A stretch of 44,323 bases of DNA, from positions 1 to 44,323 of IMG/VR virus record IMGVR_UViG_3300044796_000650. The stretch is one strand, 5' to 3'. Positions 36,377 through 43,811 of this stretch are shown here, one piece after another. The position numbers and the translations under genes were made by a program. The stretch is from a virus (lineage: Duplodnaviria; Caudoviricetes). The number at the start of each line of letters is the position of its first letter. Position 1 is the stretch's first letter. The notes under the pieces are model-generated. The model made no database searches, was not told the origin of the DNA, and saw only the letters and a program-made list of their open reading frames with translations.

Positions 36377-37429
36377 ATGAAGCAAACCGTGAAATTCATC
36401 CGCGTAATCGGCGGACAAGATGATGGTGACACGCTCAAGGTAGAAAAACCGTGGGAAGTGGACGCGAGCGAAGTGATGCACATTGAGGCCGATGGAGAAC
36501 GATACAAACTCGACCACATCGAAAATGAAACTGCTGTCTTTGTGCATGATGGTTTTGTGGCCGAACGCAGAAGTGAGCCACGGCGGGGACGGAAAATGAT
36601 GAACGTAAAACCAACATTTGAACTGGAAAGCAGCGTCGAGCGCACGGCAATCCCGCCGTTGTGCTCCACTGATTTGTTGGGCGGCAATTTCGTGGACAAA
36701 CTCATTCGTGGCGACTGTCTGGAAGTGATGAAGGCAATGCCCGATGGCAGCGTGGACGCGGTAATAACTGACCCGCCCTACTGCTCCGGCTCTGTGTCCG
36801 AAGCCTCGCGCACGGCAGCGAAAGGCCAAGGGCTGCGGTCGGAGAACATCCAACGCCTCGGATGGTTCGTGGGCGACAACATGGGAACGGCTGGCCTCGT
36901 GTGGCTCATCCGCTCGATGGCAGTGGAATCTCTGCGGCTGCTCAAGGGTAACGGCTCGCTGCTCATCTTCTGCGACTGGCGCATGATACCGAACCTCATC
37001 CCCGCCGTGGAGTCTGCGGGCTTCCGATACCAGAACCTCATCGTGTGGGACAAGACGCACATGGGCCTCGGCAATGGCTTCCGCGCACGCCACGAACTGA
37101 TAATGCACATGACCGCTGGCAGTCCTGCCTACCACGACAAAGGCACAGCGAATGTGATGCAGTGCAAGCGCGTCAGCGCCGATGACCGCGAACACCAAAC
37201 ACAGAAGCCGGTGGAACTAATAGCGCAACTCGTGCGCGTGGTGTGTCCGCCGGGCGGTGTGGTGCTAGACCCATTCGCGGGAAGCTGCACGACCGCGCAA
37301 GCGTGCGCCGAAACGGGACGGCACTACGTCTGCATCGAACGCGATCTCGACCACTGCGAAACCGGACGGCAAAGGCTCACTGCTACCGAGCGCGATCTCT
37401 TGCCGCCCAACGACAAAATCCAGCCATGA
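36377..37429 (+). CDS. Beta-class DNA N6A/N4C methyltransferase (own ATG 36596, cassette B), fused in frame to the small cassette-A ORF from 36377
   Basis: GDCLEVM, VITDPPY, IVWDK, HQTQKPVEL, VLDPFAGS motifs; N-terminal VIGGQDDG small-protein domain. Confidence 0.9.
   Translation: MKQTVKFIRVIGGQDDGDTLKVEKPWEVDASEVMHIEADGERYKLDHIENETAVFVHDGFVAERRSEPRRGRKMMNVKPTFELESSVERTAIPPLCSTDLLGGNFVDKLIRGDCLEVMKAMPDGSVDAVITDPPYCSGSVSEASRTAAKGQGLRSENIQRLGWFVGDNMGTAGLVWLIRSMAVESLRLLKGNGSLLIFCDWRMIPNLIPAVESAGFRYQNLIVWDKTHMGLGNGFRARHELIMHMTAGSPAYHDKGTANVMQCKRVSADDREHQTQKPVELIAQLVRVVCPPGGVVLDPFAGSCTTAQACAETGRHYVCIERDLDHCETGRQRLTATERDLLPPNDKIQP
36560..36682 (-). other. attC2 recombination site
   Basis: Minus strand GCCCAAC-aaatc-AGT[G]GAGC...GCTCACT-tctgc-GTTCGGC, 123 bp. 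Confidence 0.9.
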
Positions 37430-37535
37430 GCGACAAAATAAAATCACGCCTCGAAATGCAGATAGCTGCCGAAATGAAATTCCAAGCCGACAAAGCCGAT
37501 GAGCAAAGCTCATTGGCTGCGATGCCGGGTTCGGC
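37405..37535 (-). other. attC3 recombination site
   Basis: Minus strand GCCGAAC-ccggc-ATC[G]CAGC...GCTGGAT-tttgtc-GTTGGGC, 131 bp. Confidence 0.9.
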
Positions 37536-37788
37536 GTCCGGCCCGTCATACTGCGCGAGCTGTGGCGAGTGGCCGGCCAGTATGACGCCAAATGGTCTGC
37601 GGTGTCATCTATGCGCGTGCCGCGAACACGCCGCCGCCAACCCCGTGCCGCTACCAAGCAACCGAGAAATGCTGAAAGACCTCGCCTCAATCGGAGTTCC
37701 AGGAGCGGCTGACAAACTGCAAAGGACGCCGAACGACCCAAGCTCACCCACAGCCGGGGGCGGCAGTGGTGGAGCGCAACCAAAATAA
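37426..37788 (+). CDS. Cassette C protein, CxxC...CxxC zinc-finger-like
   Basis: ATG inside attC3 overlapping MTase TGA; CASC and CHLC; stop inside attC4. Confidence 0.7.
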   Translation: MSDKIKSRLEMQIAAEMKFQADKADEQSSLAAMPGSASGPSYCASCGEWPASMTPNGLRCHLCACREHAAANPVPLPSNREMLKDLASIGVPGAADKLQRTPNDPSSPTAGGGSGGAQPK

Positions 37789-37855
37789 TCAATGAAGAAA
37801 AAAGCATCGAACGTAAAGAGGACACCGGCTGTTGCGGTGCAGCGCGTTGTTAGCC
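37728..37855 (-). other. attC4 recombination site
   Basis: Minus strand GGCTAAC-aacgc-GCT[G]CACC...GGTGAGC-ttgggtc-GTTCGGC, 128 bp. Confidence 0.88.
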
Positions 37856-38139
37856 AGCCGACCGAGCGCGAGAAACGCCAGTGGTGGGCTGTCGCGGAAG
37901 ATGACGTGCAACTTGTCACGGGATATTCGTGTGCTCCAACTAATCCCGAAATGTGGTGGTGTCCCAAAGTCGGCTCATCAATGAGCGAGAAATACCACCT
38001 ATTCGAGACGGAAGGCGAGGCGATAAACAAGCTCATCTCCGAACTCACCCGCCGAATCGAAGTCGCGGCGGACAACATCGAAGCCCTCAAACGTAGGCTG
38101 GCTAACAGTGTATTGAACAAACTGAGGTCGGATAAATGA
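37792..38139 (+). CDS. Cassette D hypothetical protein
   Basis: ATG inside attC4; reads through attI; stop overlaps intI ATG. Confidence 0.7.
   Translation: MKKKASNVKRTPAVAVQRVVSQPTEREKRQWWAVAEDDVQLVTGYSCAPTNPEMWWCPKVGSSMSEKYHLFETEGEAINKLISELTRRIEVAADNIEALKRRLANSVLNKLRSDK
38100..38118 (-). other. attI site (core G/TTAGCC plus L box GTTCAAT)
   Basis: Minus strand GTTCAAT-acact-GTTAGCC, 17 bp from intI start; TTAGCC complements attC4 R''. Confidence 0.8.
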
Positions 38140-39119
38140 AGACCGGAGTCATTGCCAGATTGCGGGAGGTCGCGAAGGTTCGCATCGGGGATCGGGAGGC
38201 GCTTTGCGATCGGACGGTGGAGACTTATTCGCAGTGGGTGCGAAAGTTTTTCCGCGACACAGGGAAGCCTGCGACGCAGTGGGTGGATGAGGACATCACG
38301 CGATGGATGGCTCGGCTCTCGGACGAGGGCTATGCGTGGAAGTCGCGGTCGCAGGCCCTGTGCGCGATCATCTATGTCTTCAAAAACGTGCTCTCGGTGA
38401 AGGTGGGGGATCTGAATCTGCCGAAGGCTCCGAAGCAACATGCGACGCTGAAGGTGATCCCGACGCGCGAGGAACTGGCGCGCATTTTCTCCGGCCTGCG
38501 CGGGCAGCCGCGGCTGATGGCCGGTGTGATGTATGGCGCGGGCCTTCGCGTGGAGGAGTGTTGCACGCTGCGGGTGAAGGATGCGGACTTCGCGGCGCGG
38601 ACGATCCGCGTGCATGACGGCAAGGGCGGAAAGGATCGGCTCACGCTGCTGCCCGCTGCGCTCGATGCGGCGCTGCGCAGGCAGGTGGCGTGGCGGGCGG
38701 CGCTGCACGATCGCGACCTCGCGGAGGGTGCGGGATTCGTGGAGCTGCCTGGGCGGCTGGCGCTCAAATACAAATCGGCTCCGCGGGAGTTGGGCTGGCA
38801 GTTTCTTTTTCCCTCGGCGGTGATCCGCGGGCAGCGGCGCTGGCACGCGGTGCCGGAGGGAGTGCAGAAGGCGATGCGCGCGGCGGTGAAGGCGGCGGGC
38901 CTGACGAAGCCGGTGACGCCGCACACGCTGCGCCACGCATTTTGCACGCACGCGCTCCAGGCGGGGAATGACATCGCGACGGTGCGGCAGCTCCTCGGGC
39001 ACGCGGATGTGGCGACGACGATGATCTACATGCACGGGGATCGTGCGCGCGGGGTGAGTCCGCTGGATGCGGGGGGCGTGCTGCCTGCGATGCCGGTGCA
39101 GATCGGAGGCCCTCGATGA
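38136..39119 (+). CDS. intI: Integron integrase
   Basis: Tyrosine recombinase R-K-H-R-H-Y intact (GLR, GKGGKDR, HTLRH, LGH, IY) plus IntI-specific VELPGRLALKYKSAPRELGWQFLFPS insertion. Confidence 0.95.
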   Translation: MKTGVIARLREVAKVRIGDREALCDRTVETYSQWVRKFFRDTGKPATQWVDEDITRWMARLSDEGYAWKSRSQALCAIIYVFKNVLSVKVGDLNLPKAPKQHATLKVIPTREELARIFSGLRGQPRLMAGVMYGAGLRVEECCTLRVKDADFAARTIRVHDGKGGKDRLTLLPAALDAALRRQVAWRAALHDRDLAEGAGFVELPGRLALKYKSAPRELGWQFLFPSAVIRGQRRWHAVPEGVQKAMRAAVKAAGLTKPVTPHTLRHAFCTHALQAGNDIATVRQLLGHADVATTMIYMHGDRARGVSPLDAGGVLPAMPVQIGGPR

Positions 39120-39217
39120 AAGCGAACAATCTGCCTGTGGGCGCGCTCCGTCGCGCGGCGAAGAAGGAAGGCTGGGGCCGGGTCAACGGCGGAGATTACT
39201 GCCCGGAGGCCATGTGA
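39116..39217 (+). CDS. 33-aa peptide coupling intI to dnaB
   Basis: ATGA overlap with intI stop and TGATG overlap with dnaB; AKKEGW...DYCP motif. Confidence 0.5.
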   Translation: MKANNLPVGALRRAAKKEGWGRVNGGDYCPEAM

Positions 39218-40632
39218 TGAGCGACCCACTTACAGGATCGAAGCGCGAGAAGCGGAAGGTCTCCTACCCCCCGGATTTTCACCGCGAGACGCCGCATGAT
39301 GCGGATGCGGAGAAGGGCGTGCTGGCGTCGTGCTTGCTTGCGCCGAAGGAGGTGATCGGGCTGGCAGTGGAGTCGGGCGTGGTGCGGGAGGCGTTTTACA
39401 TTCCGGCGCACGGGGAGATTTTTGAGGCGCTGCTGGCGCTGTGGAATGCCGGGAAGCCGGTGGATTTCATCACGCTTGCAGGGCACTTGCGCGATGCGTG
39501 CAGGCTCGACCAGGTGGGCGGTGCGCCCGCGCTGAATGACCTGTTCACCTTTATCGGGACGGCGGCAAACGCGGGCTGGTATGTCGAGATCGTGCTGGAG
39601 AAGTGGCTGCGGCGGCGCGTGATCGCGGTGTGCTGCGAGCACGCGGCGCGCGGCTACGAGGACGACGAGACGGCGCGGCTGATTGACGATGTGGAGCGCG
39701 CGATTTTCGAGATTTCCCAGCAGCGCGCGCACGGCAAGTCGCGGCGGCGCTCGGCGAAGGAGCTGGCAATCGCGGCCATCGGCACGATCGAAAAGATCTA
39801 CGCGAGTGGCGGAAAAATCACGGGTATGGAGACGGGCTTCCGCGAACTGGATCAGATGACGGACGGCCTGCACGGCTCGGAGATGATCGTGATCGCGGCG
39901 CGGCCCTCGATGGGAAAGACGGCGTTCGCGATGAACATCGCGGAGCATGTGTGCATGACGGGCAATGTGCCCGTGGCGGTTTTTTCTCTGGAGATGAGCG
40001 ACGAGCAGCTCATGCAGCGGATGCTGTGCAGCGCGGCTCGCGTGAACATCAAGAGCCTGCGGAACGGCTTCCTGGGCGAGCGGGATTTTCCCGCGCTCAC
40101 TGCGGCGTCCGGCAGGCTCGCGGCGGCCCCGCTTTTCATAGATGATGAGGGGACAATCTCGATCATGGACCTTCGCGCTCGGGCGCGTCGGCTGAAGGCG
40201 CAGCACGGCATCGGGCTCATCGTGATTGACTACCTGCAACTGCTGCGGAGCACTTCGCGCAAGGCGGCGGACAACCGGCAGATCGAGATTTCGGAAATCA
40301 GTGCGGGTATCAAGGGTCTCGCGAAGGAGCTGCGCATCCCGATCGTTGTGCTCGCACAGCTCAACCGGCAGGTGGAGCAGCGCGGAGGCGGCAGGCCGCG
40401 GCTGAGCGACCTGCGCGAGAGCGGGAGCATCGAGCAGGATGCCGATGTGGTGGGGCTGCTGGTGCGCGAGGAATACTACGCCGAGGGCGAGGAGGCGAAG
40501 GCGGAGGCCGCGGGCAAGGCGACCCTCATCATCGCCAAACAGCGCAACGGCCCCGTGGGCGACGTGCCGCTGACTTTCATCAAGGAATACACGCGCTTTG
40601 AGGACCGGGCGCGGGAGGCCGCTCCATGCTGA
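39217..40632 (+). CDS. dnaB: Replicative DNA helicase
   Basis: AEKGVL, AARPSMGKT, FSLEM, IVIDYLQL, QLNR, PRLSDLRESGSIEQDAD, IIAKQRNGP. Confidence 0.96.
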   Translation: MSDPLTGSKREKRKVSYPPDFHRETPHDADAEKGVLASCLLAPKEVIGLAVESGVVREAFYIPAHGEIFEALLALWNAGKPVDFITLAGHLRDACRLDQVGGAPALNDLFTFIGTAANAGWYVEIVLEKWLRRRVIAVCCEHAARGYEDDETARLIDDVERAIFEISQQRAHGKSRRRSAKELAIAAIGTIEKIYASGGKITGMETGFRELDQMTDGLHGSEMIVIAARPSMGKTAFAMNIAEHVCMTGNVPVAVFSLEMSDEQLMQRMLCSAARVNIKSLRNGFLGERDFPALTAASGRLAAAPLFIDDEGTISIMDLRARARRLKAQHGIGLIVIDYLQLLRSTSRKAADNRQIEISEISAGIKGLAKELRIPIVVLAQLNRQVEQRGGGRPRLSDLRESGSIEQDADVVGLLVREEYYAEGEEAKAEAAGKATLIIAKQRNGPVGDVPLTFIKEYTRFEDRAREAAPC

Positions 40633-41330
40633 GCGCGGCCACGATGAAGTTTTACCGCTGCCTGTGGGGGCAGCTACGGGATGCGAAGGGGCTGAAGGAA
40701 GCCGACCGCAAGCCGCTTCACGCGCATCTCGGGCTGCCGGCGTCGAGCAAGGATTTCACGCCGGAACATTTCGACACGTGGAAGGGCCATGTGCTCGCCC
40801 AGGTGCGGCCGGACCTCGATACGCAGATCGCCCAAATCGATATGCCGCGCACGCGCAAGCTGGTCTTCATCGGCCACCTCCTCACCGCACTGGAGCGGGT
40901 GCAGGAGCACGCGGAGCTGCTCGTGCGCTCCCTGCGCGAGACGGAAGGCCACATGCGGCGGCGGCGGAAAGGCGATGGCCGCATGGGCCGGAGCGGCCAG
41001 ACGCTGGAGCAGCTCTCGCTGGCCGGCCTGGACTCCGTGCGCAATGCGCTGAAGGACGAATGCCGCGCGCGATGGGATACGAAGGATGCGCTGCTCGGCG
41101 AGATTCAGACCGTGAGGATGGATCGGCAGATATTCGGCAGCGCGACAGCGCTGGAGGCGGTCCGTGAGGCGCTGAATCTGGAGACACTCCCGGTCCTGAA
41201 CGATCTCGATTACGAGCATCTCCTCGTCGCGCTGTCCACCCTGCGACGGCTCGCGGGCGCGGAGGTGATTTTCGCGCCCGTGGCTTCGGAGGCAACGTCC
41301 GCGAGGGAAACGGCGGACATCCCTTTTTGA
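40626..41330 (+). CDS. GemA/gp16-like protein ending in DIPF
   Basis: GLKEADRK...SSKDFT pattern; last gene of early arm. Confidence 0.5.
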   Translation: MLSAATMKFYRCLWGQLRDAKGLKEADRKPLHAHLGLPASSKDFTPEHFDTWKGHVLAQVRPDLDTQIAQIDMPRTRKLVFIGHLLTALERVQEHAELLVRSLRETEGHMRRRRKGDGRMGRSGQTLEQLSLAGLDSVRNALKDECRARWDTKDALLGEIQTVRMDRQIFGSATALEAVREALNLETLPVLNDLDYEHLLVALSTLRRLAGAEVIFAPVASEATSARETADIPF

Positions 41331-41487
41331 AAATGCTCGTGGCCCGAATTCTGCCGCGCTTTCCAGTGCCATGCAAGGCTCGTGCATCGATGTCCGTAAG
41401 GCCGAATTCGTGACCCATACCATTGCAAACTCTCCCGTTTCAGGGCTGAAGAGACTCAAAACGCCCATCCTCCTATGATCACCCCGA

Positions 41488-41551
41488 GTTTCCCCGCATT
41501 TCCCCCCTATTCCGGGCTATTCCGCTGTCTCAAACCAGTTGCCCCGGCTCA
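41488..41551. other. Candidate prophage right end (terminal CA)
   Basis: 10-bp phased TTCC units (41490-41523), TGTCTCAAAC (echoed by GACTCAAAAC at 41453), ending GGCTCA; sequence character changes afterwards. Confidence 0.5.
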
Positions 41552-41603
41552 CTCCGGACGCTCTCCGGTAACCTCCGGACGCTCTCCGGTAATTACCGGA
41601 GAG
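41552..41603. repeat. 20-bp direct repeat pair plus 22-bp perfect palindrome
   Basis: CTCCGGACGCTCTCCGGTAA at 41552 and 41573; CTCTCCGGTAATTACCGGAGAG at 41582-41603. Confidence 0.85.
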
Positions 41604-41839
41604 GTGTAGAAAACCGCACTTTCAGCGAAAAGCAGTGCTTTTTCGTTGAAAACGACCGTTTTCCATGCGGATGCCACCCATTCCCAAACGGAGGCCATCG
41701 CTTCTCACACTGCGCGGAGTCCAGTTCATCCTGCGCATCCTGCCAATCCTGTCCCCAAAGTCCCCGGAGCTTGGTGCCAGCGCGCAATCCTGCCTGCGGG
41801 CGGCGGGGCCGGGCTTTGGACAGGGGGTTCCAGATTGGC

Positions 41840-42059
41840 TGCCTGTCCGGTATGTTGACAACGCTACGGGAAACCGTGGTGACAATAGCCCAGCGATTCA
41901 TCGCTGGGAACCGAACGGAACAAAGGGACAAAGTCCCGCAGGGACGGAAGAACCGGTCCTGCCGTCCCTTGCGGGACTTTGCCCGCATCCCACCCCCACA
42001 CCCAGCGATGAATCGCCGGGCTATTGTCAAAGCCGCTTTGTCAACTAACCGGACAGGCA
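41840..42059. repeat. Nested REP/MITE-like palindrome (host)
   Basis: Outer arms 41840-41861/42038-42059; 28-bp arms 41881-41908/42001-42028 (1 mismatch); inner hairpin ~41925-41984. Confidence 0.8.
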
Positions 42060-42179
42060 TGGGACTTTGCCCGTTTCCCCTTCCCTTCACCCGGCACTGA
42101 AGCGCCGGGCTATTCCATGAACCCTCCCCGTGCCTGTCATTGTCAGCCAACCGGTTCAGCAGGGCTGGCTCTCCCGCAA

Positions 42180-43811
42180 TTACGCCCGTGCCGAACGTTC
42201 GCGACGCCGCCTGCGCCACGCGAGGAACAGGAGCAGGCACAGGCCGAGGTGGACGGCGAGAAACAGGACCAGCGGACCAAATGATCCGGCGTCGCCTTTC
42301 CCCAGTTGATTGATCCACTGGATGGGCTGCCACGGTGCGCTCAGCGCGGACAATGCCACGATGTATTGCGCGGTGTCGGAGTAGCGGTTGGCGATCGAGA
42401 TGAGGACAAGGCTGGTGAACAGCGGGACGAAGCCGGCGAGGAAGACGGTCACCCACGTCGCGCGGCGTCCGGCGGTCTCGATGAGGAAATGGAAAAGCGC
42501 ACCCACGACGAGAATGGTGCCGGTGAACACGGCCCACCCCGGCGGGGGAAATCCGGCGCCCTCGAATGCGGGCGGCGTGAGCAGGTGCCGCACGACGATC
42601 GCCCATGCCAAACCCGAAAGCCCGGCGGCAATCCACGCGAAAGGCGCGGCGGTGGCCCCGTCGGAGCACCACGGAATGCGGGACTGCGCGAATTTCTTCT
42701 TCCTGCGAAAGGCGATCATCTGCGTGTCCTCCTTCGGGGTGATGCAGGAAATCACGGGCAACAGCAGGAGCAGGCTGATGACGCCGTAGAGGACGCCGAG
42801 GGCGCGCGCTTCGTAACGCCCGGTGAGGCTGTAAACTTCGGGCGAAAATATTCCGCGGCTTTTTAACACGTTGGTGATGACGCTGCCGCGCCCGAGCAGC
42901 GGGAGCACGTTGCCGAGGAGGATGACCTGAATCCAGATCAGGAAGCCGACCGCGTAGCACTTGCCGAGCAGGTGCGCCTGTTCATCCCGCCAGCGGCGCA
43001 CGAGGATGATGATGAACGTCAGGATCAGCGAGCCCTGCACGATCAGCGAAAACGCGAGGTGCGACACATTCAGCCCGAAGAAAAGCACGCTGGGGCTCGA
43101 TATGCTTTGCGGAACGTTGCCCCACATGCCGCGCCATTGCGGGGTGAGGTCGAGGAAGTTCGCCATGATCACCGGGCGAATCGTGAGATGGGAAAAGATG
43201 ATGAAGCCGAAGTTGGCGAGATTCGGCAGGACAAAATTCAGGATTATCACGAACCCGAGCGAAATCACCCCGGCACGCCAGCGGGACTTGATGATCAGGC
43301 CCGTGATGAGCGCGAGCAGGTGGTAGAGGATCGCGGAACTGAAGAAGACGAGATACACCGGACCCCACGCCTTCAGCGGGATTTTCCCGATGAGAATCGA
43401 AAGCGCGCTGAAGATCGCGGTGACGGCAAAGGAGACGTATTGCCGTGCGGGAAGCCCGAAAAGATAGCCGAGCACTTTCGCCAGCGGCGAAAGCGGTGTG
43501 AGCCGCTGATACTCGATCATCCCCTCCTCCGCCTCCTGGAGAATCCCCGAGCCGACGGCGCCCGTGCCGAGGAACATCACGAAGACCGCCTGCAGGATGA
43601 GCAGCGGAAGAAACGCCGCGCGCGCGGCATCCGCCTCGCTGAGATTCCCGCGGTAGCGCAGCGGCAGGTAGGAAATCGTGGCGATGAAACCGGCGAGGAC
43701 CAGCGCGACCACGATCGTGACGCCAAGCCACACGGGCCGCAACCGTGAGCGCCAGTACCGGCGGAGAATCGGGTTGCCGGGAAGGTTTGCGGCGGAAGGA
43801 GGCTCGCTCAT
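42180..43811 (-). CDS. ABC transporter permease-like membrane protein (host)
   Basis: Multi-TM; NPILRRYWRSRLR start and EAEEGMIEYQRLTPLS..KVLGYLFG ABC-2-type motif; coupled to ATPase. Confidence 0.8.
   Translation of the reverse strand: MSEPPSAANLPGNPILRRYWRSRLRPVWLGVTIVVALVLAGFIATISYLPLRYRGNLSEADAARAAFLPLLILQAVFVMFLGTGAVGSGILQEAEEGMIEYQRLTPLSPLAKVLGYLFGLPARQYVSFAVTAIFSALSILIGKIPLKAWGPVYLVFFSSAILYHLLALITGLIIKSRWRAGVISLGFVIILNFVLPNLANFGFIIFSHLTIRPVIMANFLDLTPQWRGMWGNVPQSISSPSVLFFGLNVSHLAFSLIVQGSLILTFIIILVRRWRDEQAHLLGKCYAVGFLIWIQVILLGNVLPLLGRGSVITNVLKSRGIFSPEVYSLTGRYEARALGVLYGVISLLLLLPVISCITPKEDTQMIAFRRKKKFAQSRIPWCSDGATAAPFAWIAAGLSGLAWAIVVRHLLTPPAFEGAGFPPPGWAVFTGTILVVGALFHFLIETAGRRATWVTVFLAGFVPLFTSLVLISIANRYSDTAQYIVALSALSAPWQPIQWINQLGKGDAGSFGPLVLFLAVHLGLCLLLFLAWRRRRRERSARA

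Larger units (their letters stand above)
36238..39119. mobile_element. Phage-borne integron: intI, attI and four cassettes (A 36244-36565, B 36566-37410, C 37411-37733, D 37734-38105)
   Basis: IntI with integron-specific insertion; four canonical attC; each cassette's 5' core complements the R'' of its own attC (6/7, 7/7, 7/7, 7/7); visibly lower GC. Confidence 0.92.
1..41551. mobile_element. Mu-like (transposable) prophage, left end outside window
   Basis: MuA-like transposase + MuB-like ATPase, Mu gp26/27/28/29-like packaging genes, MuF, Mu I-type protease; divergent early/late arms; candidate terminal CA at 41550-41551 followed by host-type DNA. Confidence 0.93.

Noticed and set aside
35974-37825. 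Minus-strand ORFs across the cassettes (35974-36705, 36248-37198, 37265-37825) as the real cassette genes
   Set aside because: They cross attC sites, read as antisense shadows and lack motifs, while the plus strand encodes a clear methyltransferase
36238-37855. Repeat array considered as CRISPR or DGR
   Set aside because: Units are non-identical 120-130-bp palindromes separated by gene-sized spacers; no cas or reverse transcriptase; attC structure explains them
38136-39119. Tyrosine recombinase as prophage integrase or tail-fibre invertase
   Set aside because: Has the IntI-specific insertion and adjacent attI/attC; the phage integrates by DDE transposase; no invertible segment seen
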